From Klebsormidium nitens (taxonomy: Eukaryota > Plantae > Klebsormidiophyceae): DNA of 64,000 nt. The stretch spans positions 50,369-114,368 of the forward strand of contig DF237126.1 of assembly GCA_000708835.1 (NCBI GenBank), in the 5' to 3' direction. Positions 13,110-24,278 of this stretch are shown here, piece by piece. The notes under the pieces were generated by a model. That model searched no databases. It saw only the letters and a list, made by a program, of their open reading frames with translations, and was not told where the DNA came from. The position numbers and the translations under genes were made by a program. Each line of letters begins with the position of its first letter. Position 1 is the first letter of the stretch.

Positions 13110-13892
13110 CTACGGACGAGTTGTAATGCACTGCATGGCTGGCACGATTCGTAGTGGTTAGGTTGGCATCCTCTTAGAAAATCAGAGCTCTTGCTGATTG
13201 CTAGAGTTGAATTGTTGATTCTATTCGGACCCCGCAAAGTGTTGCGTGACGATTGGATCCTAGGCCTAGGTTGGCCATATGTACAGCTCGCTAGGACACG
13301 GCCTGTTGAATCTTGTATGCAGAACGGACTGAATCTTTGAAGTCTATAGCTATAGGCCTCCAACCGGCCTGGATCAGAGCTAGCTAGATCTAACATTTGA
13401 TCCTGACGAGATTTAGAGCTCAGTCGGCGGGCTCAGCTACCAATCCTAGCTGCATACACTATGACCAAATCTCAGACGGAGTCGTTATTGAAGTGGCAGT
13501 CCTGATTTGTCGTGCACAAACCAGAGGCGGCCGAGCAGCTATATAGGTATGCAGCTATTTTGAGTTGACCATCCGCATTGATCGACCTCAGATGGTAATC
13601 GCAAGGATGCGCGTTTGTCAGGAACATGCAAGAGATACTTAGCGTGCAATAACAAAGCTGCTATCACAGACTCAGAAGACTACAATCTCGAATCAATGTT
13701 GTGACTAGGCGACACGTGACATATCATGAAGGTGAATATCGCACGACATCCATACGACCACCAAGATGTCCAAGAAATCGCAAGTGTTTCAAATGAAGAA
13801 CTGATATGGTCTGCAATCGCGACTAGGCCTGCAGGAGAAAGCATTTAATGCTCTCTGTAACTGCACCTCAATTTTAAGCCGATCTAGCCAAT

Positions 13893-15607
13893 CTATCTCA
13901 ACTCCTGTGCTTTTGCTGCAGGGTCCTTATCAACCCCGTTGATTGCGATCAGCTCAGTGTCAAAAACGAGAGTAGCCCCGCCTGCATGAACACAAAGATG
14001 CATCAGCATCCTTGCACTTTGCACGGTGACAAAGTGATTGTGGATGTCATGAAATGCTCACGTAAGAACAACAAGAGCACACCGGAATAGAATACGAGCA
14101 CAATTTCCAGCTTCCAGGTTTGACAACATTCCGCATACCTGGAATCTTTGGTGGAGAACCATGGTCACCATACCCCAAGCTGGAGGGGATCCGGAGCTTG
14201 CGCTTCTCGCCTATGCACATCCCAGCAATGCCCTGATCCCAACCTGTCGCAAAAGCACCAGTAGGTTAGCAGATTGCCAGAACATAAACGGATATGGAGC
14301 ATACGTGTCAGCACGTTGGGTGCTTTGCCAACAGACGGTGTCGGCTGGACTTAGCGGCCATACTGCACTAACGTAGCAAAGCGCTTTTTGAAAGCCCACT
14401 TCAGAATCCCTTGCTGTAGCCTTGCACTCAAAGCCAGAGCCTCGGCAGCTTGTTCCATCCAACGGCACAAGATTAGACCCACCTTTGATGACCCTGCCAA
14501 CTCCAAGTTCAAAGTCGATTGGCTGCCCTCTGTCATAGCTAGCATCAAAGACTGTCCCATCGGTGAGCATGCCCTGCGTTGTTGAGGAGAGGATATTCAG
14601 AAAAAGTCATTGGGCAAAGTTTCTCTGCCTACCTTTGATGACTTGGCCAGCACCGAGCTTGAAATCAAATGGCGCACCACGATCGTAGCTTGCGTCAAAC
14701 TGGGAACCATCAGTCAGGCTCCCCTGCAGGCAATTGTGTCTGAGTCATGCATTCAGGTTCACATTGGGGATCGAAACAGTCATGTTGAGATAGAACTTAA
14801 AACCATCTTGAACCTACAATGCGCTGCACTGCAAAACTTTCAGAAGAAGTGCCTCAAACTCTAGTAACAGGTCACCAAAGGACATTGATGTGCACCGCCT
14901 CTCACATCATGTCCTCTGGGACATGATGTCCTTTGGGTGTCTCTGAGGGTATTGTGGAGGCACCATACTCACCCGATAGTGCACCGACACTTGGTCACCC
15001 TTGGAGGCTTTGATGGAGCACACCTCAGGCTTGAACTGGAAAGCCAGGGGGAGAACTATAAGCGGCGGGTCTGGGCTACCAGTGGCCAAGATTGTAACCA
15101 ATTTTGGGCTGTTTTGCTAGGATTTTGGGAAACACTTTACAAAGCACTCTCAATTGCAACACAACAGCTTGAATATCGTCCGTATTCTGAAGTAGCGGGA
15201 GCACAGATCGACACATTATAGACTGGGGCGTTGATCATGGCCCCTTTTCTCATCAAGGCTCGCGCAATGAAGAATGCTTACCTTCACACCAATCTGAAGT
15301 TCCGTGACATCCTTCGACTTCTTCTTGGCAGATACAACTGCAAAATCAAACTCATACTATTTATTGACCTGAAACGCATTTGTAGTGATGTTCAGTCACT
15401 TCTTCATCGAGCGTCAGATGATGGGGAGCTACAAGCTGCATCTGGAAGCAATATTCTCGAGTCTAAGTATGGCTCCCCCCATTGAAGCAGAAGAAGCTCA
15501 AGCCTACATCAATACAGCCATCCAAGACCAAGCAACTCACCGTCTGTCAGCAGCAGCACACCACAGAGGATGGCGAGCACCAGGAAGGCAATCTTGTGAG
15601 CGGCCAT
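13893..15607 (-). CDS. FKBP15: FKBP-type peptidyl-prolyl isomerase, ER FKBP15/FKBP2 type, 6 exons, 156 aa
   Basis: Exons 15607-15541, 15337-15282, 15035-14973, 14573-14483, 14243-14139, 13981-13893. Signal peptide [20 protein letters not shown]; motifs [55 protein letters not shown]. Confidence 0.95.
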
Positions 15608-16065
15608 GCTGACCGTTCGCTCCTTCTCTTTGGAAACGCAGCTCTTGTACTAGTAGTTGAACTTGTGCCCGTCGATCTCTACCTAGCTGTTTTGTCAGTG
15701 TTGACCACGTACCCCCCCATGCGCTCCATAAAACAGCTCAACCTGGTCTACCGACTAGGTAGCCGGGAACATCACATCACCTTCTCTGACCCCTGCAAGT
15801 AGCCGGTGTATATCTCCGAGCAGAGAATTCCGAAAGTGTTCCCTACCTTCACCCCCATGCCAACTTTTAGGCTCGCAGAATTAAGCATGTCGATCAGCTC
15901 CTTTCTATACCCAATGCCAACATTTGGCATTCGCAAGGGCCAAGGCGCTCAACTTCAAGGAAGGGGCCCAGGGGGGTAGCCATATAATCCAGCATCATTG
16001 CAATTGTTGATCATGACATGCTTCAGACTTGAAGTTGAAGCAACCGGCCCATGACACTCTGCTAG
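15608..16065. promoter_or_regulatory. Compact divergent (likely bidirectional) promoter region between FKBP15 and serine racemase
   Basis: Only 458 bp separate the two divergent ATGs. Inferred from geometry; no specific element identified. Confidence 0.4.
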
Positions 16066-18335
16066 ATGGCGCCCTCCATGACCTATGCCGCGGATATTGA
16101 CAGCATTAAAGATGCTCAGAAGCGGATTGCTCCGTATGCCCATGTCACCCCAGTTCTTACGTCGTCGTCTGTAGATGGTCTCGCAAAGGGAAGGAGCCTG
16201 CACTTCAAATGTGAGGTGTTCCAGAAGGGGTGAGTGGAGCTCACCACCGCATTGGTGAGATTAGCCACACTTCCTGTTTGCACATTAAATGCATTTGATC
16301 CTACTTATGGGTTCCAACATTATACACGACAGAGCATGCCAAGTCATTTGCACGCTGCTCTTCGGCCCATAAGCGGCACAACTCTGATTCTTCTGCATCT
16401 TCAGCAAAAAGGTCCTTGCAAGTGGGAGATTGATCTGATGGCTCCTGGTGCTTCATGTTGAAGCGACTTTTGTGGAAGCATATGAATGCTCACTGAAGAG
16501 ATGACTTGAGCTACCACCACCAGGCCTACCACCTCTTTTTACCCCAGCTGACAAAACCGTCCCCCTCTTGTCTCAGAGGTTCGTTCAAATTCCGGGGGGC
16601 CTGCAATTCCATCTTTTCCTTGTCGGACGAAGATGCAAGGCACGGAGTTGTTACTCACAGCAGGCAAGTCCCCTCATCTTCCTTGATAAGAGCTTTAATA
16701 TTATTGGGAGTGATAGCCGCACCATCTGATGTTTTCAGCGGGCCCAAGTCTGGGAGTCCTCTTTCTTAATATTTGAGCTGAATGTCGATTGGAGCAATTG
16801 CACGGGTCCCCTGGACGGATGTTGCATTTAGTATGTCCAATTTGAAATGGTCAAATGCGCCTTCCACTTTCCGGACTCTGCTGCCAACTAACTCTCAGAG
16901 TTGAAGGACTTTTTTGGCCCTTATTGTCATCCTCATGGCTTGCAGTGGCAACCATGCCGCAGCATGCGCCCTTGCCGCCAGCCTCCGCAACATCTCTGCA
17001 CACATTGTGGTCCCTAACGGAGCCCCAGAATGCAAAGTGGCCGCTGTTCGAAGGTATGGTGGGGACGTCGTCTTCTGTGAACCGACTCTGCAGGCAAGGG
17101 AAGAGGCTGCCAGCCTCATTCAGAAGAAGACTGGCGCCATAATGATTCCGCCGTTTAACTACGGGCCAACAATAAGTGGCCAGGGGACAATCGCACTGGA
17201 GTTATTGGAGCAGGTGCCGGACCTCGAAGCTATAGTCGTGCCAATCAGCGGTGAGGAACACAGGACTTTGTTTGAGTTGTCTCCAATAATACTCTAGATA
17301 GTCCAATCTTGGAGTCTACCGGACGCACAACAAAGTTTGTCGAGTCCTAATGGGGTTGGGAGTTTCCGGCGTTGACTTTGATGTGATGCAGACCAGTCTG
17401 TAGATAGGCTAAGCCTCCAATGGTCGAACCAGTTTTCTTGGTCTCTCGCATCCCAAGTGAGAAAGTCGGCGTGCCCTGGATGTCCAATCTATCAACCAAA
17501 GCTCTGCAAACGATTATTGATTCGTTGAGCCATAAGTTTGGACAATATCTAAACCGCTGGTGACTGGGGATAAGTTGGTGACTGAGACCCCCTACCCTAA
17601 TTTGGGCGTCATCTGTATGGCAGGGGGTGGCATGATCTCCGGCATCGCCATTGCGGCAAAGGCTCTCAAGCCAGGGATCCGCATCATCGCCGCAGAGCCG
17701 GCAGGGGCCAATGATGCGGCTCTCTCCAAAGCGGCTGGGAAATGCATACCCTGTACGGCGCCCAAGACTATCGCGGATGGCCTTCGAGCCAGTTTGGGTG
17801 ACCTAACATGGTGAGTAACGTCTGCTAGGGCTGGTCGCCTATAGGAGATCATGGCTTTTTCAGGCCGGCTTGGACACTTAGAGCTCTCTGTGATCAGCGG
17901 TGCTTCGGGTGCCAAAATCCGAGTAAGGTGTTTAGCTGAGCGACTGGTCCTGCTTGGAAGTCGAAGAGCTGCGCCTGGCTCCGCATCTGCTCTTGTTCGT
18001 ACTGCCTGTTTTTGGTGCATCAGAGGTGACAAGCATGGAGACGCATTTGAGCAGCTGTGCTGTGATGGTTCTGCAGGCCTGTCGTGAGAGACCTCGTCGA
18101 TGCTGTCGTGACAGTCGATGACAAGGAGATAGTCGCAGCAATGAAGGTCGTTTACGAGCAGCTTAAAGTAGCCGTAGAACCTAGTGGGGCTGTTGGGTTG
18201 GCAGCTGTTTTGTCGTCAGCATTTCACGAAAACGAGGAGTGGAAAGACGTCAAGAACGTTGGTGTCGTCTTATGTGGCGGCAACCTTGATCTGTCTGTCC
18301 TCTGGGATGCACTCAACAAAAGTTGTTTGACTTGA
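16066..18335 (+). CDS. SR: Serine racemase / serine dehydratase (PLP fold type II), 5 exons
   Basis: Exons 16066-16229, 16577-16663, 16946-17250, 17624-17810, 18077-18335. Motifs KCEVFQKGGSFKFRGA (PLP Lys), THSSGNHA, GQGTIALE, VPISGGGMISG, TIADGL, VEPSGA, CGGNLDL. Confidence 0.95.
16664..16945 (+). other. GC-AG intron, serine racemase intron 2
   Basis: Donor AG|GCAAGT at 16664 is needed to build the conserved THSSGNHA motif in frame; acceptor TTGCAG at 16945. Confidence 0.85.
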
Positions 18336-19589
18336 TATCATTTCTGCACTTGTCTCTTTTCGAGATTGTTGCGCTAAGCTGTAGCTGTAACCCGCATCCT
18401 TTACCAATTGGAATTTTTTTCCCCCAACGAAATGGTAGGATAGATGCATGCTGTACCACAGGTGTTGAAGACCTTCAAAGAGTAGTTCGTTTCAGCGCTG
18501 GCCTAGGTTGATGCTCCGAGGTAGATGTTTGGATTTCCTTGCAATTGGTAGTTTTCCATTTGTCAACGCTCTTAGTCAAATCTATGATCAGAGCCGTGGA
18601 ACATGGTAAGCTTTGCCTTTCGGAGAAGTAGTTCGAATCACAAAACAAGCAGATTCTTCATGCATCGAGCCATGTCACACAGCTACTACATCGATCAATA
18701 CATGGTTCATACTAGATTTATGCATGGAAAAAGCTTGCACGCGCTTTAACCGGGACATCAATTGCGACGGCGGTCCGGCGGTCGCTCACATAACATGTTG
18801 TTGAGGGCCATGTGCCGACGTCGCACCGCTAGCGCTTGCGATTAAGGATGTGGATTTTTGCAGTGCTTGCATGTGCAACAAGCTACTGAGGCACGCGAGC
18901 AGCTCTCGTGCGCGCGCGAGCAATACTAGCATTGCTAGCTCGACATTTTCATGCATCGAAGCTATAGCTTACCACACTACATGTCGGATCCGTGAGTAAC
19001 GAATTGCAGGTGGGCCATGCACTGCAGGCTGCTGCATACAATGACACACATGAAGACCGGTCTGCATGCCATGGACACACATGTTGCAAACTCCACCGGC
19101 CGCTCGGTGAATTGATGTATGACGAAACTTGAAATATATGCACAGGCCATGAGCGGGGCCGGCATGCTGCACAATAATATATACTCACATGTACCATGCC
19201 TCAGCTCAGACCATCGATCTCTGATTGGTGCCTCGAAATGACGATTGGACCATTGCCTGATGGATCCATTAGTACGCACACCAATTACAGCCTTCTAGTA
19301 ACCATCTTCGGGGCCATGGCCCGCTGTGGTACTCAAAAGAAGATTGTTTTATGAAGTTTATTGTACCGTCTTTCAGGTCTTCTTTGAACAGGAGGCTTTA
19401 CTTCGCGTGAGCCTACATCAGCTAAATCTGTATATCCATTCCGACGCCCTGGTATCGCCGTCTGGTTGCAGATTGGGACAATGTCCATGATGTCTCAGGA
19501 TGAACGAAAAACGACTGTTGCGCCAATGCAAATCTGCGAGCCCCAAATTCCTAGCATCGGCCATCGCGGCAAAGAAGCGCTGCATCTAC

Positions 19590-22500
19590 TTATTTTGACG
19601 CCTTTATCTTGAGAGACCTCATCACTGAATCGAGCACGGACACACAGTGCTTCACCTCGCTCCCATCACCACCGTTCATGCTCGCTCCAGCCTGTGCGCT
19701 CACGGCCAGTGTCTTTGACCCGTTCGCTTCTCCGTTGGCTCCCGCATCCCCCGGTTTGTTCTTCACCAGCCCGATCGCCGTATCGAGCTGCAAGATCGCG
19801 TGCCTAACCTCCTCGCTCTCATACCCCGCCGACACCTCTTCCATCACCAGCGTCCTCTTGACGGGGCTCGCTACGCCGCCGCCAGTCTCCAGCTCCGCAA
19901 ACGACGGAATGGACGGCATGTGCTCGATGCCCGGGTCCCTGGCGATCCCGTTCGCGAACGCACCATCGGCGTTCGCTTTACTCCTCGGCGTGACCACCCG
20001 GTTGTACGACGGCATAGGGGGCACGTCTCCCGTGCCCGGCGTCTGAGGGTCCTCAAGCGCGGAGTTGGTGGCGATGCCCATTGAGAACGACGGCCCCGCC
20101 GAGTTGAAGCTCGTCCTGCGGCTCAGGCTGGGCTTGTTCTCCTCGGAGTTGCTGCGCGACAAACGGGACGCCCGCCGCGAGAGCTGCCGCCCCAGCCGCC
20201 CCGGATCGGGCCCGTCACTGGCGCCGCTCCCTTGGCGTGAAACCTGCGGACCGGAAACTGGGCTCGACATTCTGGACAGCTGACGTGGAAGAGAAGGTTT
20301 TCGCTAGGACACAGCAGAACAAAGGTGCTAGATCGGTAGGGCGTTTCCCTTTGCCTCTGACCAGTCGGATTGTGTCGATCGACGAGAGCACATCGACGAC
20401 ATTCGACCCACAAAAACCAAAAGGGCACGGCCTAAGCTGCTTAGTGCACAACGGAGTATTGTAAGGACCTTGTCCGAGATCGAAAACCACAGGCACGGTC
20501 ATCGGGTGCCTCAGACAGCCGTATCTAGCAAATGCCGACCAGTATCAGACTGCCCGCGGTTGTTGAAACTACTCGAGAACCTGGTCAGGACAGGCAGACA
20601 GGCAGAGCCCAGCTTTCCTTTCAAACGCTGCCGCTTACCCGCCCCGGAGTCCCCCCTTCCACCGCATCCTGTCCCCGGCCTTCGCCGTCAGTGCCAGCCA
20701 CCTCCACTTCGTTGATGGCCGGTCTGTCGTCCTCGTCTACAACGTCGATGTCACTATCGTCCCGCGGCCGTGAGACGCCACGTGCCTGTGAGTGACAGCA
20801 AGTGCTTCACACAGGAGTCCATTCAATCTGTCACGCTGCTTCAGGAAAACGAAGTCGGGAAAGCCAACTCGGCAACGCAATTGGCCCTCGCTTCCCATCT
20901 TGGCAAGTCGAGTGCCACGAGAACTCGACTATTCCTCCGGACCTATTCGATTTGTCTGGATGAACTGTCGGCGAACAACGGCCTCAAACTCCACGGACGG
21001 GATGCGAGGACTCACCCGGAGCATGGCCTCCGCCGTCTCTTTTTCCATAGCCCGAATGTCGTCCATGCTCAGGCCGAACCACTCGTCCAGCCAACAGAAC
21101 AGCTTGCGGTGGCCCTCCAGCAGCACCTTCCGCTGTGCATGCTGCACGACGCCAGCGCATGCGTCACATTCCGGCAATCTCGTGCCAAGCACAAAGCCTG
21201 CATAGAAGCAGTTGAAGCGCGCAACAATGACGTCGACCTGCAATCTTAGACGACTTACTGACCGTCTAATTCAATTCGACACCGTTTTAGACGAGGCATA
21301 CGCCGTTTTCACGTTTGAAAACGTTGCAACGGTTCGAATCTTGCGCCATACCATTATACGGATCTGCTGTGGAGAGACGAACCTCGAAAAAGAGAGAAAA
21401 GCTCCGAGGTTGAATCAAAAGTAGGGCTGAAACCGCAGCACTCGTGAACGAAGCTGCTTAGGTTTGAAACGGGGCCGGGCTGCCTACCTTTGCTACGAAC
21501 TTTTCCACGGAGCTGCCCCAACCGAAGTAGGGCACGTCCACCGTCACCAGCTTGTACGCAGTCATCACAGGGTCGCACTTTTTCTGCACAGACAGAACCA
21601 GAGGGAAGAGTGATAGGGGCAGTTGGTAGGTTGCTAGTAATAGCACACCGATACTGTCCACCAGCAATTGTCCTCTAAACGGAAGCTGTTGCGTGACCAC
21701 TATATCCTGAGTCCCGAGTACAGCGATATAAGAGGGTTGTCTCAATCATCTCAGATGCCTTCATTCTTGGGCATCTGCTTCTTCGAAGGAGCCGCCACTG
21801 GCTGCAGGTTCGAAGTGCGCAGCCCTGTACAACCTGACAGATGAACCGTCCTGCAAGATGGTGACGAAAAAGGCAATCCTGTTTGACTGAGGAAACAGCT
21901 CCTGATCCACATACTGCCAAGAGGTGACGACATAAAGTTGAGGCGTCAGAACCATCGACTTACATGCCAGCCTGCCTTCAGAGGCCCTCGCCCTGTTTTC
22001 TTGGACTTGAATTTGCAGGGGTCCTCCTCTTCCACATATTTCTCCACCGGGTCCGTTGCAATGTCAATCATTTCGACCTGCCTCTTCTTCAGTTGAGCAG
22101 CGCTCATATCCAAGGCCTGCAAGGAGGGTCGGCTTCTCACACATGACCGAATGATCTTTCTAGGATCGCCTTGAAGCATACAACGATCAAGAAGTATGTC
22201 TACTTACCGCCTAACTTTGTTACTGGTTAGTCTGTGGGGAAAATTGTAAGTCCAACCTCATAATGGGACCGGATTGAGTGAGCAAGCACAAAGTTCCTCA
22301 ATCTGCATTCAATCGGCGGACAGAACTTACATTGTCTGAGTCTCCTCTGTCTGGAAGATGCATGGTGTCAAGCTGGAGCTTGAACTTGCTGAGATAAGGG
22401 CACTGCATCAGAAAGCTTAGGTCAATTGAAGCACTCAGAATGGAGGTTCACAAGCTTTTTCGCGGAAGCAGAAATTAGGGGAACTAAAAGTGGGCAGTGC

Positions 22501-23716
22501 TACAGACATGGAAGAAGCAACAGACAAGAGGCGGAAGCTAGTTCCTTCCAAAAGTAAAAAAGGTTTTGTTTTTCTCACCTTCAAAACTGCAGAAGGTTGG
22601 CAAACACATGCACAGGAAAGTACATGATCAACAAAAGCCCTTGATCAGCGCTTCGTAGATGTCGGCAATCTGCACACAGCCTCCGTTTTGCATCGACTTC
22701 ATGCAGATGACCAGGCGCACTCCTTTTCCACTCCTGTGAATGACAGTGCACGAGGATGTGCAGTTCGACGCACCTGTAACGCAGCGGGGGTATGCGTTCC
22801 ATGCCTCTTCCTCCAGCGTCAGGGCGTTCTTTGGGATGAGGCTGACCAGCCAGGACGGTAGCTTGCTCGCCAAGTGGTAGATCTTGTTGGTGTACTGGCC
22901 CCGGCCAAAGTCATTCTCAAATGGTTCGTTCTTCACAATCTCAACTCCGTCTGAACCACTGTCGCCCCCTGACTCAGCAGCGGAGTACTTGGCCACCATG
23001 TACAGCTGAGCGACTCGGTACTGCAGGTAAAAGAATTTCCAGGTTCACTTATGCAGAAAACACACAATGGACAACAGAACCTTCAAGGAATAACACTGTA
23101 GCACTTTTTAGATGCCATGTTATGGGGCAATCTTTACTGATGGCCCCCCGTATCTTTGGGCCTTTGTTCCATCGATCGATACCTGGACAATCTCGCAATT
23201 CAGTCTTGGAAACAGCATATGTATTGAAAGGTCAAATGTCTATCTCAACTGCAAAAAAGCTCCCAACCCGAGATCCCCTGGGGCACTTCCCCCCCAAGAT
23301 CGATTATGACAATGTTGACAGCTTGGAAATGGATAATCCTGCATTACGTCACTCCAGGCTCGCTGATCAGGATTAGGGAGGGGGTTGGGCAGCTCACCTC
23401 TTCAACCGACACAGGGAGCACTACCCGGCTGTGATTGTGGTCGCTGGTCAAGGACTTTGACAGGAGATGAAAAAGCAATGCAAGCAGATAGCAAGAAGAG
23501 CGTCAGATGATGGTGATCCCCTGAGAACATCATAACAACTGTGAAGGCACTGGACCGAATGCAGCATGATCAGCAAGGAGTCTGCCAAATGTTTCACTGC
23601 ATGCACGGTTATAAGGGTATGACCAGAGAATTGGACAGCACAGTCTTCCTTTCTTCAAGTTCAACCTCAAGGAAACACTGCTTTGGCCAAGGATACAACT
23701 CTCGCAACTGCACCAT
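19590..23716 (-). CDS. START-like phosphatidylinositol transfer protein (PITP/IP_trans domain, ~251 aa) with a ~266-aa C-terminal extension, 10 exons, ~517 aa
   Basis: Exons 23716-23697, 23428-23398, 23020-22774, 22586-22579, 22402-22331, 22116-21964, 21583-21488, 21141-21016, 20785-20639, 20243-19590. Motifs EFRVVLPVSVEEYRVAQLYM, GQYTNKIYHL, EEAWNAYPRC, TGRGPL..GW, MTAYKLVTV, GHRKLFCWLDEW..LSMDDIR. Confidence 0.92.
23429..23696 (-). other. U12-type GT-AG intron, PITP intron 1
   Basis: 5' site GTATCCTT at 23696-23689; branch point TCCTTGAC at 23454-23447, followed by 18 nt ending in CAG. Confidence 0.88.
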
Positions 23717-24278
23717 CGCTGACTCGACCTGCTATGCAGCAAGCCAATCAACGCAGTTGTGCAGTAGCTGCCAGAACCCCGCTGATTAAGTGGTGCTCTG
23801 CAGACGGTTGACGCCCACTGCTGTCACCAGCCCTTAAAGATCAATCTGCGCAGCAATGTGGTGCAACGGTGTGCGCTGATCACTCGGGGACTTCACTTCA
23901 GAGCGTCGGATCGATTGCAGGCCTGCATTTGTCTGAGTTTGACTTGACTTTCTGCCACCCCTCCTGGCATCCTGCAGGGATTGATCTGGTGCCAAAGTGG
24001 CGCTGCCTCTCGCCATATGCAGGACAATGCGGACTGCAGCACGCACAGGTGCCAAGAAGTCTCGGGGTGAATCTTCTCTGAAGTGTTTTTGCCAGCGCAA
24101 ATTTTGCAATCATGAATGCCACCAAGCAGAGCAGAGGGCTCAGGGGACGCGAACCTGGCCCTGCCCAGGCCCTGCCTTGACTCTGAGGTTTCAAGTTTTA
24201 GGGTTTGAGAGTGCGGAAGAGAGTTGGCATTATCAGCTTGCATGCAATGCCATTGCAGGCAATGAGCATCACCACAAA

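Noticed and set aside
21310-21348. GGTTCGAATC resembling a tRNA T-loop
   Set aside because: The T-stem does not pair and no acceptor or D-arm can be formed; intronic. Similar GTTCGA hits near 18631 and 55165 also fail.
24199-24206. Telo-box (AAACCCTA on the minus strand) in the PITP/ALT divergent region
   Set aside because: A single 8-mer is expected by chance in 64 kb; no supporting site-II arrangement verified.
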